The notes under the pieces were generated by a model. It was not told the DNA's origin, ran no database searches, and worked only from the letters and a program-made list of their open reading frames with translations. This document shows positions 1 to 9,209 of a stretch of 18,574 nucleotides of DNA, piece after piece. Numbering within the stretch: position 1 is the stretch's first letter; the number at the start of each line of letters is the position of its first letter. The translations under genes were made by a program, and so were the position numbers. Location: assembly GCA_965648915.1 (NCBI GenBank), contig CBFGIV010000046.1, positions 1-18,574 on the forward strand. The letters run 5' to 3'. Origin of the DNA: a candidate division WOR-3 bacterium (GTDB lineage Bacteria; Hydrothermota; Tepidihabitantia; SM23-42; CAYGYG01).

Positions 1-55
1 AAGAATTCTTGTGCACATCAAGACCAAGATAATAATATTCAACACTTTCTGGCAT
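1..55 (-). mobile_element. IS110-family (DEDD) transposase/recombinase, N-terminal 18 codons; runs off the left edge
   Basis: The minus strand from ATG at 55 reads MPESVEYYYLGLDVHKNS, matching the IS110 N-terminal YxGxDVHK motif that carries the first catalytic Asp. RBS AAGGAGG at 60-66; TATAAT at 72-77. Confidence 0.75.
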
Positions 56-121
56 AAAGCCTCCTTTACCAATTATAAAGAGAAACAAAATGATATCCAA
101 GAGCCATTTTTCATTTTATTC

Positions 122-149
122 TTGACATTCCCGCTAAACTGATTAAACT
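122..149 (+). promoter_or_regulatory. sigma70-like promoter of the C25 peptidase gene
   Basis: TTGACA (122-127), 16-bp spacer, TAAACT (144-149). RBS AAGGAGG at 197-203 precedes ATG 208. Confidence 0.7.
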
Positions 150-207
150 AAATTATTATTTTGTTTCAATTGGTTAGTTAAATTTATTTCTTAAATAAGG
201 AGGACAG

Positions 208-3200
208 ATGAAAACCCAAAATCTGATTCTGATGCTATGCCTGGTCGGGGCTGTGGTTATGGCTATGCCGATAGAATCGAGGGTCAATGTTTTGAGCAAT
301 ACGTCTGCTGAGATAAGTTTGAAAGTGACCGTTCCAGATATTATTCAGAGGGATGTGAAAACCGAGCAAGGGATTTTTACACAATTGACGATTCCCCACC
401 ATAGTTATACAAGTGAAGATGGTAAACCCCAGATTCCACTCATCCGTGAATATATTGAGATCCCACATGGGGCTGAAGTCCAGATCGAGGCACGAGTCAT
501 CAATTCAAAAAGATTCGAACTGAAGAATCGACTGATGCCCAAACAGCCCTCGATCTGCAAGACCGGTCCACCTCCTTCTTTCATGATCGATGAAAAGGCT
601 TATGAGATCGATCGACTGGTTCCAGAAATTACCGCACGGGTGGAGCAGATTGTCCAAATCCGCAATCATCGAGTGGCAATTGTTGAGATCTATCCGGTTA
701 GATATAATGCCCGCACAAATCAGATTGAATTACTTACCGATTTTGTTGTTACTCTTAAACTGACTGGTTCTAATCTCGCCGCAACATACGATATGCATCA
801 AAAGTTCTATTCTCCGCCTTTTGAAGCCAACCTCAGAGATTTAATCAGGAACTATCAACCACCGCAGATAATGGCTCCACCACCACTGCCGATCAGGTTT
901 TTAATCATTGTCCCGGATGCCTATTATAATAATATCCTACCCCTGGCAAACTGGCGGAGGAAGATGGGTTACAAGGTCAGGGTAACAAAAATCTCCCAAA
1001 TTGGTGGTGGTGATACGGCCCGGGTGAGAAATTATATCATCAATACAAATAATACCTGGCCAATCACCTATGTCACGCTGGTCGGTGATATTGGTGATAT
1101 TGGATATTTTGTCGGACGGGGGACCGGAACGCCACCGACTGATCTCTACTACTCGGCAATAATCGGCAGTGACTATTTCCCGGATCTCTATCTCAGCCGG
1201 ATGTCGATTGCCAATGCTGCCCAACTTGACAGTCTGGTTCAGAATGTGATCCAGTATGAAAAGGCGACCTGGGCAAGTAACAGTTTCTGTAAGAGGTCTT
1301 TCTTTATCGCTTCAGATGATGGTGGAAATCACCAGATTGCCGAGAGCACCCATCGTTACTGTGCGCGGCTGGCAAGGCGTTATGGGATGATGACCGATTC
1401 ACTCTGGCTTTATTACTGTTCCGTCAACGAGATCGACTCGATAAAAAGGGCAGTAAATGTCGGAATGTCCTGGGTGATGTATTCAGGCCATGGTAGTGAC
1501 AATATGTGGGCTGATCCGGATCCGGGTGGATTTACCACGACCAATGTGCATGAACTTTCCAATGTTGAAAAATTGCCCTTTGTTGGTTCTTTCTGTTGTC
1601 TGAGTGGTAACTATACCGGTGCTGAATGTTTCTCTGAATCCTGGATAAGAAACGGGAAAAGGGGTGCTATCGCCCATATGGCATCTTCAGTAACCTCCTT
1701 CTGGGATGGCGATGATATTCTTCAGAGAAGGATGTATGACTGTGCATTTGACTCATTGTATCCCTGGCCATCAGGATTGATGAATAAGGGCAAGATGATC
1801 CTCCATCGTGAATGGTCAACGAGTGAAGGCTACAAGCAGAGATATTTTGAGATGTATAATATTATGGGCGATGGTGCAGTTGACCTTTACTGGGATTATC
1901 CTAAGACCCTGACCGTGAGCCACCCTGCAGTAATTCCGGTGGGTATCTTCAATCTCCAGGTCAATGTTACCAGTGGTGGTAACCCGGTTCGTAATGCACT
2001 CGTTGCGGCAGTGGCTAAGAATGATACGACGATCCATAATGCTGGTTATACGGATGCTTCTGGAAATGTTACTATTAATATTGTCTCCACCGCGCCTGAT
2101 AGCCTGTTTATAACTGTTACCGGCCACAACCTTAAAGCCTACGAAGGTTTTGCATTGATTCGTTCTTCAGGACCTTATGTTGGATACCTGCGCAGTTTCA
2201 GCAATGACCAGTCAGGTGGCAACAACAACGGTCAACCCAATCCGGGTGAGACGATCCTGATGCCGGTCTGGGTGAAGAACTACGGAAATGGAACCGCCAA
2301 TAATGTCACGGGGAGGTTGAGGCTCAAGGCTGCAGACCCCTATATTACGATTCTCGACTCCACGACCACTTTTGGCACGATCGGTCCGGGTGATTCGGCG
2401 GTCTCCAATCCTGCTTTCCGTTATCGGATTGCCAGCAACTGTCCGGACCGCCATCAGGTCAACTTTACCCTGGTCTGCACTGGTGATTCGACCTGGGTTT
2501 CAGACTTTTCCCAGACCGTTGGTGCGCCGATTTTAGTCTTCAACAGTTTCTCGGTGGTGGATACGATTGCCAATGGTAACCGCAACCGGGTCTTTGAGCC
2601 GGGTGAGACGGTCTTAGTCTATGTCCAAGTCAAGAACGAAGGGTCAGCCTCTGCCTCATCCGTGGTTGAGACCCTCTCGACCAGCAGTGCCTATGTTTCG
2701 ATTGTGAGGAACAGTTCGAGTTATGGAACGATTCCGGCGGGTGGGGTTGGGACTTCAAATCCTGCCTATATTATGAGGGCGAGTCCCTCGACGCCGACCC
2801 CGCACTTTGCCAGTATCTTTGAGACGATCCATGGTGTCTGTTATCTTGACCATCGATTCCTCGACACCTTCCAGGTGACTGTGGGTAAGACGGGCTGGCG
2901 GGACAATGTTGAGGATACGATGATCACCCGTCAGTATACCTGTGGTCTGCTCTGGCACCGGACGACGCGTCGGGCCAATTCGCCGAATTATTCCTGGTGG
3001 TGTGGTGATGAGGCGACCGGGCAGTATCAGAACAATATGAACTCTTCGCTCACCTCACCCGACTTCTATATTGGTTCAGGCGATACGATCTTTTACTGTT
3101 ATAACTATTATACGACCGAGGAGGGTTATGACTACTGTTATATTGAAGTTTCGACCAATTCAGGTTCGACCTGGACTCAATTGACATCCTATAATGGTAG

Positions 3201-3654
3201 TTCTAATGGTTGGGTGAGATATCAGACCCGGCTCAGCTATCCACCGGGGACGACCTTAAGGCTCCGTTTTCGTTTCACTTCTGACGGTTCGATCACGCGG
3301 GAGGGCTGGTTTGTTGACGACATCAATATCTCGAATGGTCTGGGGATAGAGGAGCCAGTCCTGGTTGGTCCGGTCATTACCTCAGAGATGGTTTCAATCC
3401 TGCCCAATCCCTTTAAGAAGGCGGTGAATATTGAATATGCGCTACCGACGGAGCGTGGGATCAAGATCTCAGTCTATGATATTTCTGGCAAACTGGTGAA
3501 GCGGCTGGTTGATCAGAAAGTCAAGGCGGGTAAGTATACGGTGATCTGGGATGGGCTTGATGCTCAGGGTCGAAGGTTACCGGCTGGTGTCTACTTTACC
3601 CACATCGAACTGGGCGATGTAAAGACGATAAGGAAGGTAATCCTGATTAGATAG
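208..3654 (+). CDS. Secreted C25-family (gingipain-like) cysteine peptidase: propeptide, catalytic domain, Ig-like/CARDB-like repeats, jelly-roll domain and FlgD-Ig/T9SS-type C-terminal domain
   Basis: Signal peptide; C25 propeptide-like region (GKPQIP, VEIYPVRYN); LVGD and TDLYY motifs; catalytic His (YSGHGS) and Cys (SFCCLSG); two GNxNx..xPGET repeats; TEEGYDY...GWFVDDI; C-terminal PNPF...VYDISGKLVK...WDG...GVYF. Confidence 0.9.
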   Translation: MKTQNLILMLCLVGAVVMAMPIESRVNVLSNTSAEISLKVTVPDIIQRDVKTEQGIFTQLTIPHHSYTSEDGKPQIPLIREYIEIPHGAEVQIEARVINSKRFELKNRLMPKQPSICKTGPPPSFMIDEKAYEIDRLVPEITARVEQIVQIRNHRVAIVEIYPVRYNARTNQIELLTDFVVTLKLTGSNLAATYDMHQKFYSPPFEANLRDLIRNYQPPQIMAPPPLPIRFLIIVPDAYYNNILPLANWRRKMGYKVRVTKISQIGGGDTARVRNYIINTNNTWPITYVTLVGDIGDIGYFVGRGTGTPPTDLYYSAIIGSDYFPDLYLSRMSIANAAQLDSLVQNVIQYEKATWASNSFCKRSFFIASDDGGNHQIAESTHRYCARLARRYGMMTDSLWLYYCSVNEIDSIKRAVNVGMSWVMYSGHGSDNMWADPDPGGFTTTNVHELSNVEKLPFVGSFCCLSGNYTGAECFSESWIRNGKRGAIAHMASSVTSFWDGDDILQRRMYDCAFDSLYPWPSGLMNKGKMILHREWSTSEGYKQRYFEMYNIMGDGAVDLYWDYPKTLTVSHPAVIPVGIFNLQVNVTSGGNPVRNALVAAVAKNDTTIHNAGYTDASGNVTINIVSTAPDSLFITVTGHNLKAYEGFALIRSSGPYVGYLRSFSNDQSGGNNNGQPNPGETILMPVWVKNYGNGTANNVTGRLRLKAADPYITILDSTTTFGTIGPGDSAVSNPAFRYRIASNCPDRHQVNFTLVCTGDSTWVSDFSQTVGAPILVFNSFSVVDTIANGNRNRVFEPGETVLVYVQVKNEGSASASSVVETLSTSSAYVSIVRNSSSYGTIPAGGVGTSNPAYIMRASPSTPTPHFASIFETIHGVCYLDHRFLDTFQVTVGKTGWRDNVEDTMITRQYTCGLLWHRTTRRANSPNYSWWCGDEATGQYQNNMNSSLTSPDFYIGSGDTIFYCYNYYTTEEGYDYCYIEVSTNSGSTWTQLTSYNGSSNGWVRYQTRLSYPPGTTLRLRFRFTSDGSITREGWFVDDINISNGLGIEEPVLVGPVITSEMVSILPNPFKKAVNIEYALPTERGIKISVYDISGKLVKRLVDQKVKAGKYTVIWDGLDAQGRRLPAGVYFTHIELGDVKTIRKVILIR

Positions 3655-3705
3655 CATTAGCAGAAAGATTTAATATTCAATTTCTTGAATAATTGAAAGG
3701 AGAAG

Positions 3706-5034
3706 ATGAATCTATTAACAATCTTTTTCTCTTTAAGTATCTTCAATGCCGATTTTGCCATCTGCACCGCAAATGACAATCAGGATCTCTCCAGTGCGAT
3801 CTATAAAAATAATCAATACTATGTCTTCTGGGAGGATGCCCGTTCCTACCCCCTCTATTCACTCTACGGTGCACGGATAAGTATAACCGGTTCTGTTGTC
3901 GATCCCGATGGCAAATTACTATTTCGAGATAGTGTCTATTCTCGGCCCGCAGTTGCATATGATGGAACAAATTTTCTTGTTGTCTTCCGGGACGGCTGTT
4001 GAAGTTATGGTGATATAATCGGGGTGCGGGTCACTCCCAACTGCGATTCAATAAACTCCTTTTACATATCCCATCAGCCCAATATTCAAATGGCTCCCGA
4101 TATCGCATTTGGCTCGGGAAACTATATGGTAGTCTGGGTTGATAGCCGAACCAATCCTATATTTTATCACATCTACTGTGCAAGGGTATCGCCTTCGGGA
4201 ACAGTCATCGATCCAAACGGTATTCTGCTCTGCCGTGCCGATTCAGTCCTCCGTCTCTCTCCGGCAATAGCCTTTAATGGCAATCGATTCTTTGCGGTCT
4301 GGGCAAATACCGGGCCGACCAGCAGTATTACCGGACGGTTTATTGACACAAATGGTCAACCGGCGGAAAGTCTCAGAGTATATAGCAGTAGCAATTCAAT
4401 TATGTCCGTGCGCATTGTATTCGACGGCACAAACTTTCTCGTCGTCTGGGTTGAAACCTCTACGCCCTATCTAATCAAAGGTCAGCGAGTTTCCGCGACG
4501 GGAAATCTGATCGGCGTTCCAATCCAGATCAGCACAACAAGTGTTGCCAAAGGTTCAATCGGGCTCTGCTTCGATGGAACAAATTACTGTGTCACCTGGG
4601 CAGATAATCAGATCTGGGGAAGAAAGGTCGACCGCAATGGTTCACCAGTCGACTCAGCCTTCCGCGTCTCCAGTTCAACCAATACCCAGATCAACAGCGA
4701 TATCGTTCCTGGCGCCAATAATCGCTATCTGAATGTCTGGTCTGAATACCGGGGTTCAAACACCGATATCTATGGCAATCTCGACATAACGATAAATTCA
4801 ATCAGTGAAAAGGAAAAGGTATCGAATACCAGCCGGTCATCAGGCCCAACAATCGTTAAAGACTTCCTGCTCATCCCCGGGTTAGCAAAAAAACCAGTTC
4901 CAATCTTCGATGCCTCCGGGTGTTTGATTGGCTTGATCTATGGTCAGAGATTTAACTGCACCAATCTCAAACCTGGTGTCTATTTTCTGCCGATAAGAGA
5001 CCGGACGATAATTAAGATTGTAAAGATTGATTAG
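3706..5034 (+). CDS. Secreted 7-repeat beta-propeller protein with a reduced T9SS-type C-terminal domain; single in-frame TGA at 4000-4002 (candidate selenocysteine; 442 aa if read through)
   Basis: ORFs 3706-4002 and 4024-5034 are in the same frame (offset 318 nt). RBS AAAGGAG and the signal peptide occur only on the first part, the LKPGVYF...IVKID tail only on the second. The repeat unit P.IAFDGTNFLVVW...IYG.RV continues across the TGA. Confidence 0.8.
4017..4048 (+). promoter_or_regulatory. Candidate bacterial SECIS hairpin
   Basis: GGGGTG (4021-4026) pairs with CACTCC (4032-4037), including one G-U pair, around the loop CGGGT. The loop begins after a 24-nt gap from the UGA. A possible lower stem is AATC (4017-4020)/GATT (4045-4048). 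Confidence 0.5.
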
Positions 5035-5092
5035 GCGCCCAATTTTTGTAAAATTTTAAGCCAATTTTTAATTTATGAGACAGGGACACCCT

Positions 5093-5128
5093 TGATATTT
5101 AAGGAGTTATGATTGGGAGACTGTCCCC
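5093..5128 (-). repeat. Dispersed 36-bp REP-like repeat (GGGGACAGTC.CC family), copy 1
   Basis: The reverse complement matches 11376-11411 at 30/36 positions without gaps. It lies between convergent genes. Confidence 0.7.
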
Positions 5129-5158
5129 AGGAACTTATTCCTGAAAAATAAAATTCAT

Positions 5159-6100
5159 CTACTTCTTGCTCTTTTCAATCATCTTGTATTGATTATAAAG
5201 CGGAACAATCCATTGCACCAACTTGGAGATAGCCTCGGTCTTCTTAATATTCGGATCCTGCAGGTAGTTGATTATTATCGAGATAAAGACCGTATCCTTA
5301 AATCGTTCCACCGCATCATATCCCTTCTCTCTCTTGCCTTCGACATAGTCCTTTAACCTTTTAACTGCATCGATTATTATTCCGAGCTGTTTATATTCGC
5401 TCGCATCTGCCTCCAGTGTTTTTTTCGCCTTCTCAACATCATTGGCCGCGACATATATCGCCATTGAAAGCTTGGTCGTATAGTCCTCTTCAAGTATCTT
5501 GACATCCGCCTCGGGCACCCAGTAATTACCAATCGTCCTCGAATCGACCTTCTCTCCTCTTTTGAACCGGCCATAATAATCACCAACCTTCTTTATATAT
5601 TCCTGCGTACTCTTCGACAATCTATTAAAAAGGTCGGGATTCTGGAGCCACTGGAGTGCCACGGCAACCTTTATCCGCTTCTTCACTTTACTGAGCCTCT
5701 CCTCCCCGGACTTTTTCTGAATATCATCAAGGATGGCATCGATTGTCTCATTACTCATTGTAATCAATCCATCCATTGGCACCTGCATAATCTCGTGGAT
5801 TTCGCGTAAGATATCATCCACTTTTTTATTCTTATTTTCGTTGTCTAAATTAGGAAAGGTGACCTTCACAAAATGTTCTACCACCGGCCGATTGATCGGA
5901 TATCTCCCCTCCTCAAGTTCATCTTTACTGCAGACCTGACTGCAGTAATTAACAAACTTCTCCATATCGGTTTCAACCAGATATTCAAGATCATAGGGAA
6001 GTTCGGTGAGAATTGTATCAAAATTTATCCACCAGGCAAGACAGGTCAAAATATCCTGAAGATTATCCAGATGGGTCTTCTTTTCCGTTGTCTGTGCCAT
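5159..6100 (-). CDS. Hypothetical protein, 313 aa, soluble, probably alpha-helical
   Basis: Long ORF with protein-like charged composition and its own upstream promoter; no motif recognised. Confidence 0.75.
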   Translation of the reverse strand: MAQTTEKKTHLDNLQDILTCLAWWINFDTILTELPYDLEYLVETDMEKFVNYCSQVCSKDELEEGRYPINRPVVEHFVKVTFPNLDNENKNKKVDDILREIHEIMQVPMDGLITMSNETIDAILDDIQKKSGEERLSKVKKRIKVAVALQWLQNPDLFNRLSKSTQEYIKKVGDYYGRFKRGEKVDSRTIGNYWVPEADVKILEEDYTTKLSMAIYVAANDVEKAKKTLEADASEYKQLGIIIDAVKRLKDYVEGKREKGYDAVERFKDTVFISIIINYLQDPNIKKTEAISKLVQWIVPLYNQYKMIEKSKK

Positions 6101-6212
6101 TTTGTTTCAATTTCTTTCTAAGGTTAAAATTGATTGGCGTAAAAAATCTCTGCCGGAAAAATAATTTATCTAAGATTGCGCATATCAAACTTTCGCATTT
6201 TGCCAATAAGTA

Positions 6213-6240
6213 ATTTTATCCAGAATTATAAAAATGTCAA
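6213..6240 (-). promoter_or_regulatory. sigma70-like promoter of the 313-aa hypothetical gene
   Basis: Minus strand TTGACA (6240-6235), 16-bp spacer, TAAAAT (6218-6213). Confidence 0.65.
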
Positions 6241-6275
6241 AGGGAAATGGTTGATATTGGCCAACAGGCAAACGC

Positions 6276-7736
6276 TCAATAAGCAATCCCGAACCTCTCC
6301 TTTAAGACCTTTTTACCTTTATCGAAACCGAGATCGACCGACTTTTTCAGATCGGCAATGGCCAGTTCTTTCAAACCCTGCTTATCATAAGCCAGACCAC
6401 GGTTATAGTATGCTTCAGGGTATTTATGATTAAATGCGACCGCTCTGGTATAGTCGGCAATTGCCTTCTCGTATTCGCCTTTATTATGGTAAACAACACC
6501 CCGATTGAAATAAGCCTCGGCTCTACTTCCATCAAGGGTAATAACTCTTGTGTAATCATCAATTGCCTTATCAACCTCACCAATTCTTAGATAGGCTGCC
6601 GCCCGGTTGTTATAAGCCGGTAGATATCGGTTATCAATCTCAATCACCCGGCTGTAGTCATTGATCGCTTTATCCATCTCATCCTTCCCGAAATAGATAT
6701 TCGCTCGATTATAATAAGCCTCCTTATTTTCAGGGTTTAATGTAATTGCCCGGGTTAGAAAACTCAGTGCCTCTTCTTTGCGGTTAGTTTTGATGTATAA
6801 TATCCCAATATTGAGATGGGCTGAATCATTATCAGGTTCATATTCAATCGCCTTAAGATAATCTTTGATTGCTTCAGCCAGCATCCCTTTCCTCTCATAT
6901 GCCACTCCGCGTCCAAAAATGGCTTTGCCGTAATTGGGATTAAAAGAGAGTGCCTGGTTAAAATTCTCAATGGCCCGGTCATACTCTCCCCTTTCAAAAT
7001 AACCCAGACCACGGTTATAGTAAATCTGTGCCTTGTCGACTCTTTTTGTCCCCCTCTTAATATCATATTCCTTGTTCAACCTTGCCGCCCGCTTATAATC
7101 CTGATCGGCTTCTTCATATAATCCTTTATTATCATAAGCAATAGCCCTCTGAAAATAGGCCCGGGCATAATCAGGCTTGAGATCGATAGCAGTAGTAAAA
7201 TCATCTATCGCCTGGTCAAATCTCTTCTCCTGAAGATAAACAACCCCGCGATTATAATAAGCGATCGCATATTCTGGATTCAATTCGATTGCCTTTGAAT
7301 AATCGCTGATTGCCTTCTTCAGATCCCCCTTTTCAAAATAGGCAGCACCACGGTCATTATAGGCCTGGGCATTCTCAGGATTTTTATTTATGATAAAGTT
7401 ATAATCTGCTATCGCTTTGCTAATAATACCTTTACTCAAATAGGCATTGGCCCGGGCATTGTAAGCCGGGATAAAATTTGCATTAAGTTCAATCGCCCGG
7501 GTAAAATCCTTGATCGCCCGGTCATACATACCTTTCCGGGTATAGGCAAGGCCGCGATTAAAGTAAATGGTATCGCAGCCGGGATCCTGCTCGATCGCCC
7601 GGGTATAATATTCAATCGCACGATCATAGTCGCCTTTCTTATATGCCTCATAGCCCTTTACGCTCCAATCTACCTTCCGGGCTTGAACCGAGCAAAGAAA
7701 CAGAAGAAGTGATAATTTTATTATCCGGCGCTGCAT
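6276..7736 (-). CDS. Exported tetratricopeptide repeat protein (about 13 TPRs)
   Basis: Repeated AYYNRG.AY...G.Y..AI.DY..AI.L.P units and an N-terminal signal-like segment. Start placed at ATG 7736 because ATG 7748 directly abuts the -10 box. Confidence 0.9.
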   Translation of the reverse strand: MQRRIIKLSLLLFLCSVQARKVDWSVKGYEAYKKGDYDRAIEYYTRAIEQDPGCDTIYFNRGLAYTRKGMYDRAIKDFTRAIELNANFIPAYNARANAYLSKGIISKAIADYNFIINKNPENAQAYNDRGAAYFEKGDLKKAISDYSKAIELNPEYAIAYYNRGVVYLQEKRFDQAIDDFTTAIDLKPDYARAYFQRAIAYDNKGLYEEADQDYKRAARLNKEYDIKRGTKRVDKAQIYYNRGLGYFERGEYDRAIENFNQALSFNPNYGKAIFGRGVAYERKGMLAEAIKDYLKAIEYEPDNDSAHLNIGILYIKTNRKEEALSFLTRAITLNPENKEAYYNRANIYFGKDEMDKAINDYSRVIEIDNRYLPAYNNRAAAYLRIGEVDKAIDDYTRVITLDGSRAEAYFNRGVVYHNKGEYEKAIADYTRAVAFNHKYPEAYYNRGLAYDKQGLKELAIADLKKSVDLGFDKGKKVLKERFGIAY

Positions 7737-7748
7737 ATATCTATTCAT

Positions 7749-7826
7749 ATGATAAAGAAAAAATAGAGATTGTCAAGAAAGAACCGGGATTAACTAACTT
7801 GACTTTTTTTAGAAAAGAGATAAACT
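7749..7826. promoter_or_regulatory. Back-to-back divergent sigma70-like promoters (TPR gene and M28 gene)
   Basis: Minus strand: TTGACA 7776-7771, 16 bp, TATCAT 7754-7749. Plus strand: TTGACT 7799-7804, 16 bp, TAAACT 7821-7826. Confidence 0.7.
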
Positions 7827-7831
7827 TATCT

Positions 7832-9151
7832 ATGGCTTTTAATCAGAAAAGAGCGTTTAACTATTTGAAAGAACTTACAACAAAGTTTAAAGACCGTTTT
7901 GGCGGAAGTGAGAATGAACACCGGGCAGCCCGTTATATTGCCCAGCACTTCCGTGCCTTTGGGCTCAAAACCTATCTCCAGGTTTTTCCGGTCACAAACT
8001 ATCTCCCGCGCAGAAAGAGCCTGCTTTTAACCAGACCGATCAAAGGCTCAATACCCTGTGAAATGGTCGGGCTTTCGGCCTGCACGCCCCGAAACGGTAT
8101 TGAAGGTGAACTTGCTTTTGTCGACACGGGCGAGGAAGAATATCTCTCACCCGAACTGCGGGGCAAAATTCTCTTACTCACCGGCGGCATCCCCTACAAA
8201 CGTTATGAATCGATACTGAAGGTCAAACCGCTCGGGATAATTATCATTGAGAGTGAAATCAGAAGACCTCCGGTGCGGGTTGAGATTCTGCCTGAATGGA
8301 GGAAATACGGCTCAATCCCGATGCTGAGGATAAGTCACGAAGATGGATATTATCTGCTGCGAAAAAATGTGCGGCGGGTAAAGATGGTGGTCGATTACAC
8401 GGAGAAGAGGGTAAGATCGACCAATGTCATTGGTGAACTTGTCGGATGTGAAAAACCGGAAGAGATTATCCTCATCGGTGGTCACTACGATACATCGCCT
8501 GGTATCCCGGGCGCATCGGACAATGCAGGTGGAACCACCCTCGTTATGGAACTGGCAAAGATCTTCAGCCAGAAACGATCGAAAAGAACATTAAGATTTG
8601 TTACCTGGGGATCAGAGGAACTCGGCCTGCGCGGTAGCATCTTTTATGCACAGAGGCTCAAACAGAGCCACAAGAGGCAGAAAAAAAAGAAAAGTTTCAG
8701 GGAAAGCGGTAAAAAAACCGAATTGGAAAGGCATCTCCTCTGTGTCAACCTCGATGTTCACGGCGTCCTGTTAGGCAATAACATATCTCTGGTCCTTGGT
8801 CCCTCTGACCTCTCGGCCTCGGTCCGCCTTTTAGCCAAAGAACTTGGGCCAGCCTTTACCGTGCGAGAAGAAGTCTACTCTTCAGATGGGACACCCCTCT
8901 CAGAAGCAGGCATCCCCTCAGTCAGTTTTGCCCGAAGCGGAGGCACATCGACCTATCTCCATACGCCGCTTGACAACATAACTTATCTTGATGAAAATTC
9001 ACTGGGTATGCACGGCCGCTTTCTCGAAACCTGGCTGGAAAGATATGTAACCCGCGCCGTCTCATTCCCTTTTGAGCGAACCATCCCTGAAGATCAGAAG
9101 AAGAAGATTAAAGAATATTTTAATGAAAGACTCGGCCTTCCGGTAGAGTAA
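7832..9151 (+). CDS. M28-family metallopeptidase with PA domain, apparently cytoplasmic
   Basis: Motifs GGHYDT, GASDNAGG, GSEELGLRGS, NLDVHG and YLHTPLD; PA-like insert (GELAFVDTG...GKILL). Start reassigned to ATG 7832 (MAFNQ), since the track's upstream extension overlaps the TPR gene and the promoters. Confidence 0.9.
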   Translation: MAFNQKRAFNYLKELTTKFKDRFGGSENEHRAARYIAQHFRAFGLKTYLQVFPVTNYLPRRKSLLLTRPIKGSIPCEMVGLSACTPRNGIEGELAFVDTGEEEYLSPELRGKILLLTGGIPYKRYESILKVKPLGIIIIESEIRRPPVRVEILPEWRKYGSIPMLRISHEDGYYLLRKNVRRVKMVVDYTEKRVRSTNVIGELVGCEKPEEIILIGGHYDTSPGIPGASDNAGGTTLVMELAKIFSQKRSKRTLRFVTWGSEELGLRGSIFYAQRLKQSHKRQKKKKSFRESGKKTELERHLLCVNLDVHGVLLGNNISLVLGPSDLSASVRLLAKELGPAFTVREEVYSSDGTPLSEAGIPSVSFARSGGTSTYLHTPLDNITYLDENSLGMHGRFLETWLERYVTRAVSFPFERTIPEDQKKKIKEYFNERLGLPVE

Positions 9152-9209
9152 AAAATCGACCAAACCGAACACTAAACCATTTTGCGGATAACAACCAATT
9201 CTTTCCGGG

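Noticed and set aside
4000..4002. Genome-wide UGA reassignment (genetic code 4 or 25)
   Set aside because: Four genes here end cleanly at TGA at their expected C-termini, and the long ORFs contain no other internal TGA.
4024..5034. Independent gene starting at GTG 4024
   Set aside because: It starts mid-repeat, lacks a signal peptide despite a secretion-type tail, has only a weak SD-like GGTGA, and its GTG is inside the hairpin stem. It is better explained as the continuation of 3706.
6392..7603. DNA direct repeats (e.g. CCAGACCACGGTTATAGTA near 6392 and 7004) as a DGR template/variable repeat pair
   Set aside because: They are explained by TPR codon repeats, are short, and there is no reverse transcriptase in the window.
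7643..7831. N-terminal extension of the M28 ORF in the track
   Set aside because: It overlaps the opposite-strand TPR gene and both promoters. The similar extensions of 9210-10457 and 14614-17274 were trimmed using RBS and signal-peptide evidence.
8681..8688. A8 homopolymer in the M28 gene as a slippage site
   Set aside because: The frame is intact, and the run simply encodes a Lys-rich insertion.
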